Positions 1 to 11,220 of a stretch of DNA of 20,000 bases are shown here, piece by piece (the stretch's first letter is position 1; each line of letters begins with the position of its first letter). Below the pieces are notes generated by a model, which worked only from the letters and a program-made list of their open reading frames with translations, did not search any database and had not been told where the DNA came from. This stretch comes from Microthyrium microscopicum (Eukaryota), in contig MU004231.1 in assembly GCA_010405405.1 (NCBI GenBank), positions 1,978,645 through 1,998,644 on the forward strand, read 5' to 3'. The position numbers were made by a program, and so were the translations under genes.

Positions 1-949
1 CGTTTGTTCATCGCCATGTCGATCTCTTTTCATGAAGGCATTGGAGGAATGATCAGAAGCGTCATCAATAGAAGTTCGTTCATGTGATTTGATCCAGTCA
101 ATCATCAAGGTGTTCGGTCGGGGAAGAAAAGCTTCTCCAAAATCTGACAAGCAGAGAGTGTTTCGTTGACCATCATTGCCGTTACTGACTACAGTTGACG
201 CCGAAGAAACCACACTGGCTGCAGAATTCAAACAGGTGCGTAGGTGATCCAATTGTTTGAATTGTGCGGATTGTTTCTTTGATGTACGCTCCTTGTTTCC
301 AAGCTGGGTGTTTGATTTCATCTTTTCTTCCATGGAGGCTAGTCGATAGTTCATGTCAATAGCCAGCTCCTGTATCGTTGAATTTACTTGATTCAAAGTT
401 GGGAGCCCAACCTGAAGAGCTTCGCTAGTAGAAGCTTGGTGCCATCTAGTGATTGTTTGGTCAGCAATAGATTCTGGGGTCACTGATATCTGTGTCAAGG
501 ACTTACAACAATGTCGTTTGTAAGGAAACCTGAATTGTATCTTTGTAGGAGCGTATCTGCTGCTGATATACAGCAATTTCATGGGTGGCCGCATGGAGTC
601 TAATGTGCTTTCGCGTAGAGTCTAAGAGATTCACATGCTTGTTGACGCGTACAATTGTGGTCTGAAGCGACTTGAGCGTTCCTTCCGCATCATCCAAAGA
701 CGTTTGAAGATGGCGCCAATGTGAGGTTAGACTTCCCTCAGATCTTAGAGAACTCTTTACTTTCGGTTCATCGATTATGTCTGTAACTTGGTCCAATATC
801 TTCTCGAAGGCCGTGACTTCTTGCAGAAGCCCATTAATTGCTGTCCCAACTAATTTCGTGCCGCTAATAAATTTCTTCAACTCCCAGCCGAGCCCGCTGC
901 AGAGGCTTGCAATGGTGAGCGACGAGACGACAATTGATAAGGGATCCAT
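1..949 (-). CDS. 5' part of a gene encoding a fungal N-terminal (HeLo-like / STAND-associated) helical domain protein; exon 1 949-507, intron 506-446, exon 2 445 to window edge
   Basis: The N-terminus MDPLSIVVSSLTIASLC...LLQEVTAFEKILDQV...IAVYQQQIRSYKDTIQVSLQT matches the 'MDPLSI' pattern typical of fungal N-terminal/HeLo-like domains. The 61-nt intron has a GTAAGT donor, GCTGAC branch site and TAG acceptor. Splicing gives LWHQASTSEALQ...LRTCLNSAASVVSSAST...SDFGEAF...MIDWIKS, open to base 1. The family call is from recall of the motif, not a database search. Confidence 0.75.
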
Positions 950-1659
950 GAGTTGGTAAGTTTATCAAAAATTCCATTGCAAACAGATCATTCCAAGTGA
1001 TGAAAGCTGGACTACACTTGATGAACAAGAACGTTTGACGCAAGAATCAGATTTAGTTGAACTTCTCCTTAGCTCAAAAGTTAATGATCATCTCGAAGAT
1101 AGTGGAGCCGCTACTCGAGGCGCTATAGATAGCGCGTAAAGGCTGGATGGCGGCCCGCGCCTCGATCTAGGCTGTTTTGGGATGTTTATGTTTCAGATTG
1201 CTGCATGTCGAGCGTTCAGCGCTTGTTTAAGCTCTGCCATTTGCGCTTGGCTTTGCGGCGCCTTGGGTCCTGCGAGGCGATCATTCACTCACTCATTCCT
1301 AATGGGCCAAAATGCCATCAGCCGACTTGCTTTCAAGCTTTACTGCAAGCCTACCCAGAACAGAATTGTGTACTTGGTGCTAATGGCGATCGCTTAGAAA
1401 GTAGAAGTACTTCCTAGTAAGATGTCTTAGATATGGTCTTTATTGGCCAGTCAGACAGGTGCCGTGCTTATACAGACTCTAACAAAACTAAAGTTTTTCT
1501 CTATCACCTATTAGTGCCTGTTTATGCAGCTTTATCATGTGCTGTGGTTGACCTCCAGAGTTCCTCGTCTTTCGCAACATACTTCAGCTCTGGCAGAAGC
1601 GCAACAGTGTAACTTATACATCTAGACAAAACCGGATCGCAAAAGCTCAGAAAACGAAA

Positions 1660-3758
1660 ATGGCTGGCCAGCCTTCTATCTCTGAGCAAGCAAGCCCACA
1701 ATCTCCTACCAGTCCAATACCTGAGCCGGATACTCAATCAATAACCTCAACTCGTCAATACTCTGATAATGGTCTCAGCATAAACAACGACACATATTAT
1801 GCAGAAACAAAATCTTCAGGCTCTTTTCAGACTTTCTATATCGCCTCGCAGCAACGAAAGTCTATAGGATCAAAACCTTCCGAATCATCTGCACAAAACC
1901 ATGAACACTTGGAGATGGACCAACCCGGCTTCTGGAGAAAATGGTTCCTAGAATGGTGGGGAATTGAGCTTCTGAGCTTAGGCTTCAGCGCACTATCTAT
2001 GGTTATTATCCTGATAGTACTTGCGCAATATGATGGCAAAGGACTACCTCAATGGAAACTCGGCATTTCAATAAATGCTTTTATATCCATCTTTGCTGGA
2101 TTTACCAAATCGGCTCTTTTACTCCCCACTGCACAGGCTCTTGGCCAGTTGAAATGGAATTGGTTTACCAAATCTCGCCCTATGCACGATTTTGAGCTCT
2201 TGGACAGTGCTAGTCGAGGGCCTTGGGGCGCTCTACTCCTCCTTGGTCGCATGAAAGGAATGTGAGTTACATCTTTGTTAGGTTCGTTCTTTAAAGAGTT
2301 GACTAATTCCTTCAAAGTACACTGGCGTCCATTGGGGCTGCTATAATTCTGCTTTCTGTACCGCTTGATCTTTTCTTTCAACAAATAGTGCAGTTTCCTA
2401 CGGTCTGGATTGTATCTGGGGATGCAACCCTCGCTCGGACAATCTATTACAACCCGGTTCCAAATGAATACTATGTACAGGACGATACTGTTTACTCGCC
2501 AGATCCTACTACTGATTCTGCGGTTGAACCACTTATTTGGTCAACGGGCAATCCTCAGCAAGTTCGTTCCAGCTGCCCCTCTAGAAGATGTACGTTTGAA
2601 CCGTTTGAGAGCCTTGGGGTGTGTAGTTCATGTATCGAACTACCCGACTTACTCAAATTTGGTGTTCGAAATGTTGTTGACAATTGGTCTGCGGATTCGG
2701 TGGCTAACCCAAACTTGGATAATCTCACAAACACGCCATCTGTCGGATGGTATTTGGAAGCACCTGGTCAAGATCCGATCCTGATGGCAGGATATTCTTA
2801 TCAGTCGAATGATACCTTAACTCCCAAGTCCATCCTCAGAGGAAGGATTGAACCCATGCGGGAAATGTTCACCAGACAAGCAAGATTCCCCGGTGGGACC
2901 ATCAACTTTCACAACATTACAAATCCATTGGCAGACTTCCTCATTGCATTCAATCTGGGAATTTTAGGTAGCTCGGATAGTGGGATATTTAATCAGACGC
3001 CCGTTGTTCACGAATGCGCTCTGTATTGGTGTGTACAAACCATACAGGCTCGCTTGGAGGGCGGGATCATTGCTGAAAACATCACTGCCACCCGCCAGCT
3101 TGTTTCAAGCCACGCTGATGATCCGTGGGACCCGGATACTAAGACGTTTCTGACAAATTTCACACTCACAAAGCCTGACTTACAGAACCCGAAGGGAGCG
3201 CTATTAAACTTCGGAGTCAGCAATATCACAACTCGCACAACGATCCAGGTTTCAGAAATATTCTCTCCTTCTAGCTGGACAGAGTTCAATGGTGACACTA
3301 CGATGGCGAAAGTGAATTGGAGAGGCAACCCATTCTACAATCGTCCCGTTGCAAATTCAGCGAACCCATGGAGCAGTCACAACGATCCAGTCGCGCATGT
3401 TGCAGCGATTGCTGAAGAGATGAGCAAGGCAATGCGGAACACTCCCCAAGGAGCGACTGATACATACGATCTTGTGATTGGAAAAGCATGGGAAGAACAG
3501 ATCCGAGTGCATATTATATGGGCTTGGATCGTACTGCCAGCGGTGCTAATGGCTATAAGTTTTGTTTTTCTGGCAGCGACAATGGCTCGAAGTTCAAGAG
3601 ATGATTTCATTGGAATTTGGAAGACTTCGGCGTTAGCAATCTTGTTCAACGGTTTTGGGGATGATGTACAGAGGAAGATAGGAGGCTCTTCTACGGAACG
3701 TTTAGGACAAGCCAAAAGAACGGCTAAAGATTTGACCGTCAGATTAGAAGAGGACTAG
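1660..3758 (+). CDS. DUF3176-family multi-pass membrane protein, paralog 1 (680 aa; exons 1660-2261, 2318-3758)
   Basis: Family motifs LGQLKWNWF, DSASRGPWG, DLFFQQIV, CPSRRC...LGVCSSC, ECALYWC and WKTSALAILF are present. The 56-nt intron GTGAGT...GACTAAT...AAG joins the two ORF-track ORFs in frame (KG-I-TLASIGAAII). There are four hydrophobic segments. Confidence 0.85.
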
Positions 3759-4322
3759 TGAGAAAACGCAATATCTTCAGTCTGAGTAGCTTAACAAAAA
3801 CCATTTCAGCAGACATGTCTGATTTGCTAAAGTTGGCCAAGTGGCATTGAAAATCATGCAGATGTCCAGTTCTGTTTTGGGAACGTGGATGAGGCTGACT
3901 GCGGCGATGTAGGCGCTTAGCCAGAAATTCCATCTGAGGGGCCGCTTTGGAGGCGTCTGCAGGATGCAGCTGCATTAGTCCTCTGTAAAGTAGTACTTAC
4001 AAGGTATAGGTTCCTTCAGGTAGACCGCTTGAACCAGGCGGCTATGCATCTATAAACTCCAATGCGGCTACAAGGCAATGTTGCGATGGAATGAATAATA
4101 GTGTAGAGATTCTTTCTTGTTTATGCGTAAGACTCCTAGAGCAATGTTCTATAGCATACTGTGCAGATTGCAAAGAAAGGAAGTGGTTGACCTCGCTGCT
4201 TTCTGATTTGCTTTAGTATAGACTGGTCTATTGGATCTTGCATTTCTTCCATCATTGTCTTTTCACTCCTTATGCTGGTATACTACAATCTGATCATTGT
4301 GCTTTGATCTCTATTCCAGAAC

Positions 4323-6485
4323 ATGGCCCACCTTTCTGTTCAGAGTCAGACTGTTCTAGATGAGCATCTCTCCTTATCCCCAAGGACACCAGATTTAGGT
4401 CAATTCCCTTCGCCAGTCAATTACGGATCAGTCACACCCACGTCAGAACATCATCCTTTTTCAGAAAGGAGTTCGACCCAATTCCAAAAATCCTTCGTGG
4501 AGAAGTTCCAGAATACGTCGGCAAACTTCACCTTCAACTCCAAAGGAGACGAACAATTATCACAAAGTTCGGCAAGCCATACCGTCGGAAGTCGACTTCA
4601 GCGAGAAATTGAGGATGGTTGGCTATGGGAAGCTCTCAGCTGGGTGATAAGTGCGGGCTGTATGCTAGCACTAACTGTTCTTCTGGGGCTTTATAACAAC
4701 AAGCCTTTACCGGCAAGGTGGCCTTCTGGCATCAGCCTGAACGCCGCTATATCTGTACTTTCTAGTATCGGAAAATATGCTCTCTCAGTCCCACTGGAGA
4801 ACTCGCTTGGCCAGCTGAAGTGGATCTGGTTTCGAAGCAAAAAGACAAAAAAATTGATCGATCTAGAAAGATTTGACGAAGCAAGTAGAGGACCATGGGG
4901 TGCTTTTCTTCTACTGTGGCACATCAAAGGAAAGTAAGTGTTGAGCGATTCAACGATCCTTATACTTGTTGCTAAAACGAGGAACAGAAAACTTGCCTCG
5001 TTCGCCGCCGTAATAACCATCTTATCTCTGGCAATGGATCCCTTTTTCCAACAAATTGTTGCATATCCGCAAAGGCCAGGCGAATTCGGTAAAAGCACGA
5101 TTACGAGAGCCGTAAAGTTCTTCACTCACGAAAACCTCGAGTACGCCAATGGAGGAAACTATAGTATTTCAGATGAGAGTATGTGGAGTGCTATGGAAAG
5201 CGCATACTTCGGTGACGGTAAAGAGTCAAAAATTGACGCATTCTGCCCTACATCAAACTGCCAATGGCCAGAATTCCAGACTTTGGGAGTTTGCAGCAAA
5301 TGCCATGACGCCTCCGAGCTGCTTCAATTTGGATGCATGCCAGAACGAGGGGAGTGGTTGACCCAGAGAAGCACAGCAATGCTGGGAATCAATCAAACAA
5401 TCAGTACTGCACCAGTCCTATCTTGCGGATGGTTCTTCAATGCCAGCTCTGAAGATCGTATGCTGATGAGTGGATATGTCTTGGATAATACCACATCGCC
5501 CCCAAGTCCTGGAGAGGCTCTTTTCATACGCTCTTTAGCTACTGCTACACCTGCAGATGCTGACAACGTCACTTACTGGGATCGATCCTACTATTACAAG
5601 AATGAGTCAAATGCCTTGCCATTTTGGGACTTTCTGGTTGTGATGAACAAAAACGTATCTTCGGTGTATCTACATGAACGCCCAGAGGCTGCTGAATGTG
5701 TTCTGCAATGGTGCGTCAAAAACATCACTGCGTCGGTCATCAACGGAGAGTACAAAGAGGAGATTGTCTCGACATTCATCAACGAGACTCAGGTTGGCTA
5801 TCCAGCTCGCCACGAATCCAAATGGAGGCCGCCTGGAACTTCATACATGCATGGTGTAGCAGATGTTATCATCGAGCCCCCAGGACAGGATGAGCAATTC
5901 TTCGTCCCAGACTATACGGTGTTCCAGACGGTCAACCCTTTCTACTGTTTTATTCCATCATATATGACAGTGGCAAATATCACAGCAAATCCACTTATGC
6001 GAGTTGATAACAAGAATACAGGTGGAATGGACAATTCCTACATACTGAACTTCAATCTCACTGAATGGTCAAAACCAAGCAACATATCCGTCTGGTCGGA
6101 CATAATGGCAACTGCAGTTACAAACACTATTCGAAGTTTTCCAAACAGTTCTGAGCCAGTTCCCGGTTTCGGAGGACTGGAGACTTATATTCACATTCAG
6201 TGGGCTTGGATATCACTGCCGGTGATCATATTATTTGGCACGGCTATGTTACTAATCTGTGTCATTATCACCGGACCAACAAAACAAGAAGGAGGAGTGT
6301 GGAAAACCTCTCCGCTTCCAATGTTACTTCATGGACCCAGTTCACAGCTGCGAGCAGATTTTGGAGATGCATGGAGTATGTACGATATGAGAAGGAAGGC
6401 CAGGCAGGTGGATGTCGTCCTCAGGGAAGAAGTAGATGGATTAAGGTTTCATCCTGATAAGAATGGAAGTTATGCTGAGAAATGA
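4323..6485 (+). CDS. DUF3176-family multi-pass membrane protein, paralog 2 (702 aa; exons 4323-4933, 4988-6485)
   Basis: Motifs LGQLKWIWF, DEASRGPWG, DPFFQQIV, CPTSNC...LGVCSKC, ECVLQWC and WKTSPL are present. The 54-nt intron GTAAGT...GCTAAA...CAG is at the same codon position and phase as in paralogs 1 and 3. Confidence 0.85.
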
Positions 6486-7767
6486 ACGGGTTGTGTACTA
6501 ACCAAGATAACAAGATCTGTACATAGGTAGTTCATTATTCTTTCTGTTCGCTTGATGTGCACATGATGAAGCAGGTCTACATTACAATATCCAAGATGAA
6601 GCGACTTCTGGAGTTTTTCATCAACGGTCATTCGCTTCAAGATTTTGGTCAGCTGCAAGCGAAGTGGAAGTCGTAGGGATTGGCCAGCACTTAGAACTGA
6701 CTGCAAGCATAATGCAAGTTCTTGTGATCAGTGGCCAACTGGATCAAAAGGCGATGTTCCTGCATTGCAGGCTGCAGTATTTCTGCCATGCGATGTGTGA
6801 GAATATTATGAGTAGAGTGCAGGCTCCTCACTGCCAGCCTCTGAAGTTAGAAAGGACGGTTTGGTGCAAAGTCCTTACAATTGAGCTCAACGATGGCGAA
6901 AAAGGGTAGGTGTTTACCAGCATAACAGGTAGCATCGACTTCTCCAAGTGAGGTGGGCCGAAAGCTTGAGCCAATGGCAAACATCGCGTTATCCGCCGAG
7001 TGAAGGTTCCAAAAATTCCTCAAACACTTCCCTCTCTCTGGGCGTAAAAAGGCCGCTGAAGGGGCCGCTGGAAATCATGCGAAGGCGGGGTTTCTTAAGG
7101 AAAAAGAAGCAGACAAGCAGGTTTTTAACCAGGCGGATAAAAATATCTCAAGGGCGACCGTCGAATCCGGGGGTTGGGCTGTGCGAGAAGAGCTGCCAGT
7201 ACTGGGAACCTATCAAAGCGCGTTGGCCGGCGCGTACGTGCATATGCAAAGCCACTCTGTTTGCCGTGATTGGCGATGTCTCGTTTAAGCTCATCGAATA
7301 ACAAAGTCTGCGTCTAGAAATCCAAGTTGATTTGCTCTTACAGCTCCAACTCTACCGAGAAGCAGGACTCATGATCCAAGAAGTGTCCGAGCAGACTGCC
7401 CGCGATGTACATATTTTACCGCTTCGAATGCAACTCCGCCCCACGCGATGCCTGTTACGGATGTCAGATAGGCCGCGGATGTTGACCACCTGCAACATTG
7501 AACCTACAGAGACTATCCTCGCCGCAGGATCCTAAATGCAACCAATTTGCAAGATGCGGGCTGGACCTCATAGGCATATCTAACTGCATGTCTACCCCTC
7601 CCACCCTGTTGTTGGTGTTGTACTCGGGTCCACACTTGCAATCGTGATCTTCAGTAACCTGTTGTAGCACCAAATTAGCTTCAAGAGGTCGATATTCATC
7701 TGTTTTGTTCTTTGCCATACCCATCTCTATCACTGATCCACATCACCCTGAGTGGTGTTGCTCTACC

Positions 7768-10469
7768 ATGGTCGATTCTCAATCAAGCAACATTAAACAG
7801 TTTATTCGAAGTGGAAAGTTCTCAAAACGTCTCAACCTGAACCGACCAAGAGCACCAGAGCCATCCCTTTCCACCATTCACTCCGCGGGGTCAGACGAAG
7901 AAGATGGCAATTCCACTGACATTGAGGATTTTCCGGAGGAGAAGAATGGAGTAGTGAAGGCGGTAGCAAGGGAGGACAATGCAGCCGATGGCTCTGAGTC
8001 TACGAACAATCCACAAGGTGGAAGGTTAGTCACTGGTCAAAGACCACTTCTATCTGGTGTTCTTTCCAATATCGCCAACCTCGCCAACCGGAGGTCAAAT
8101 ACCAGTCGGACCTCTACAGCAAGCCGGTCAAGTCGGACATCAATGTCCACACGTTCTTCAATTGCTTCTTCTACTGGCGGGCTGCCAACCATAACAGAAA
8201 TCCCTCCTCTGCCCGGGCTTGTTTCCGATCACGGTTCATTGCCGCCAACATCAGAACCACCCTCAACTCCGCCTTTAGAAGACCACATTATGCCGGTAAT
8301 ACCTCCCCATCCAGGTTTCACCCCAGTCCAGCAATGCGATAACAGCGACACTCATTCCCAAGGTTCAACACTTGTGGGATCTCCACCTCGTCACAACGGA
8401 AACTCTCAGATACCTCCATATTCTATTTCTGATGTATTTGCAAACTCACCACCTCCTCCTATGCCCTCATGGCCATTGCCATCAGATACAATGAGCGAAA
8501 AGAGTGGCAAGAGCTCTCTACCTTTAACAGCTTCGCCTCACTCTTCGCACTCCTTTGCCTCAACTCCAGCCTATAGCCCACCCTCATATTGTCAGCCTTT
8601 TGGGGATAGTAATGCCCCTGGCTCAAGATTCTCATGGCATGTTACACCAGTCGATCGGGCTCGAAACTGGTTTACTATTTGGTTCGTAGAATGGTGGGCC
8701 TTTGAAATCATTAGCTGGCTGTTTAGTGCAGTTTGCATGGCGATTATCTTGGGCGTTTTGTTCCGTTATAACAACAAAGAAATACCCCATTGGAGAATCG
8801 GCTTTACTCTTAATGCTTTCATTTCAATACTCTCGGGGTTCGCCAAATCTGCTCTTCTTCTTCCGACGGCAGAAGCGCTCGGACAACTCAAATGGAATTG
8901 GTTTACCAAGAAATCTAAAGCCATGCTAGATTTCGAAGTCCTTGACAGTGCTAGTCGCGGACCTTGGGGCTCTATGGTGTTGCTCGCACGAACTAAGGGA
9001 GTGTAAGTCTGACATGGTTGACAACCTACCGCCGATATGCTAATGTACTTTACAGAACCCTTGCCTCAGTTGGTGCAGCCATTATCCTGCTCTCATTACC
9101 GCTTGATCTATTCTTCCAACAGATTGTCCAGTATCCCAACGTAATGGTCGCACTGGGAAATTCAACTCTCACAAGATCGGTGTATTATGACCCTATTCCA
9201 GAAACAGTCTTGCAAAGCGGCTCTACGATCACGAACCCGAACGCGCAAATGGTCGCCAACCTGTGGGAGATGATAACTGCCAAGCAGCCTTTGCTCACGT
9301 CGCCTAACTTCACTTGCCCAACCAGCCAATGCAATTTTCAACCATTTGATACCCTTGCGATATGTAGCTCATGCACAGCGGTACCGGGCCTTCTTGAGTA
9401 CGGCTGCAAGAATGCTACCAATGAGTGGATGGCTGACGCATCTACTGACCCCGACGACTTTACTAATACAACTGCCTGCGGATGGTATCTCAATCCTCCA
9501 GGACAAACTCCCATCTTGATGAATGGATATGCCTACAACGCTTCTACTCAAACGCCTGGAGAAATCCTTGTTTCAAGAATCGTGCCATTGAGAGACATTT
9601 GGACTCGAAAACCCGTCCTTCCCAATGCCACTATCAACTATGGGGACATTATCAATCCGTTGGGCGATTTCATTATTGCGTCATCTCCGGATGCCAAGTC
9701 TGTTCTTTCAAACAAGCCTCCTGAAGTTATCGAATGTGCAATGTGGTTTTGCGCGCAAACACTCAGGTCTCAGATTAAAAATGGACAGCTCTCAGAGCAG
9801 ATTCTGAAGACTCAAGTAGTACCTCCAACGAATACTGGTAATCCTTGGAAGACATCTGCTTGGTACGACAACTCTTTCAACCTTACTCTTCCAGACTCCC
9901 GCAGCTCAAGTGGCTCATCTGTGTATGGAACTGGGAATTGGACGGGCCGAACCACTTTGGACATAGTACAAGATTTCGCTCCTTCGACCTGGACCAGCCA
10001 ATCCAGCCAGGATTCAACAATCGCAGGGAAATTCAATTGGAGATCAGGTACGCCAGACGTGAAAACGATTCCTTTGGAGACCAGTCCCTGGATCACGACT
10101 TCGAATGTTACCCATAGCGTGACAACAATGGCAGAAAGCATGTCCGCTGTCTTGAGACGAACTTCACATGGCTACTCAAATCAATTTGAGTTTATCCAAG
10201 GAATAGCCTACGACGTCAGGACTCACGTTCAGATACGATATTTCTGGATCATCCTACCTGCATGTTTGCTACTCTTCAGTTTTGTTTTTTTAATGGCGAC
10301 AGTCCTCAAGAGCTCGAAAGATGATAAGAAGATTGGCGTTTGGAAGAATTCGGCACTCGCGGTTCTGTTCAATGGTCCATCTGATGACGTTCAAGACCGA
10401 ATGGGCAGTCAGCTCAAGTTAGGCTCTGCAAGGGAGAAGGCACGGAATATTCGAGTGACGTTGGATTGA
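7768..10469 (+). CDS. DUF3176-family multi-pass membrane protein, paralog 3, with long Ser/Pro-rich N-terminal tail (882 aa; exons 7768-9002, 9056-10469)
   Basis: The first in-frame ATG is at 7768 in good context (ACCATGG). Motifs LGQLKWNWF, DSASRGPWG, DLFFQQIV, CPTSQC...LAICSSC, ECAMWFC and WKNSALAVLF are present. The 53-nt intron GTAAGT...GCTAAT...CAG splices in frame (KG-V-TLASVGAA). Confidence 0.85.
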
Positions 10470-11019
10470 TAAACCAATGGCTGCTTGCTTTCATCCGAAA
10501 TTATGTAATACCCATGAGACATGTTTATACGTTCAAATATTATACTTCACCTTTCTTAATTACGGAGTACATCATGAGACCATATTGACCTAGGCGAGTC
10601 CTCGGTTTACGGAATGTCTTGCAACGTCGAGGTTCCGATTATGGACTCAATTCTATTAACAATTAGTAGAAACACATTGACACACCTTGACCGCCGAGGA
10701 AATAGGTAACCGTCTGAAAGTCAGGAAAAAGGCCAGGCTTGCTTTTCTACCAATAAAATCTGCCAAGCGTACGGTCATCGAATACGGCAAGTCAATCTGC
10801 ACCGGCACCAGCAGCAAATCACTACGGTCATGCTAAGAGAGGGCTGAGGTGTTCAAGATATCTCGACCTGGTACGCCAGGCCGAAATGTAGCATATAATT
10901 GAAGTAATGAGTTGCCTCGTTCCATTCCTAATTTGAGACCAGTCCACTATGACAGAAGAAATTTTTGAGCTAAAAGATGTATCCCAACCAAAAGTATATA
11001 CAGAAATTTGTTGACATGA

Positions 11020-11075
11020 AAGAATCGAAGAGTCGAAGAATTGAAAAGTCGAAGAATTGAAAAGTCGAAGAGTTA
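11020..11075. repeat. Degenerate 8-bp minisatellite (~7 units, consensus AARARTYG) downstream of the KEP gene stop
   Basis: Read directly: aagaatcg aagagtcg aagaattg aaaagtcg aagaattg aaaagtcg aagagtta. Confidence 0.7.
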
Positions 11076-11220
11076 AAGATGTGTACAGTGAACGGAGGTT
11101 GGTCGAAAATGCTGGACTCGAGGAGCTCCTGGCTCTTAAGTCTGAATGTATAAGCTGCTGACACGATTAGCTCAATCAATGGTTGACAAGGCAGTATCAT
11201 CTGAAAACTCACGATCGTCC

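Noticed and set aside
6470..7733. Short ORFs between paralogs 2 and 3
   Set aside because: No recognisable domain or consistent exon structure. They are best explained as terminator, promoter and 5' UTR sequence.
2388..10469. ORF-track entries 2388-3758, 4938-6485 and 9018-10469 as separate genes, and the 7705 start
   Set aside because: They begin at non-ATG codons and are second exons joined in frame to upstream exons by canonical introns. 7705 is a TTG, and the first ATG is 7768.
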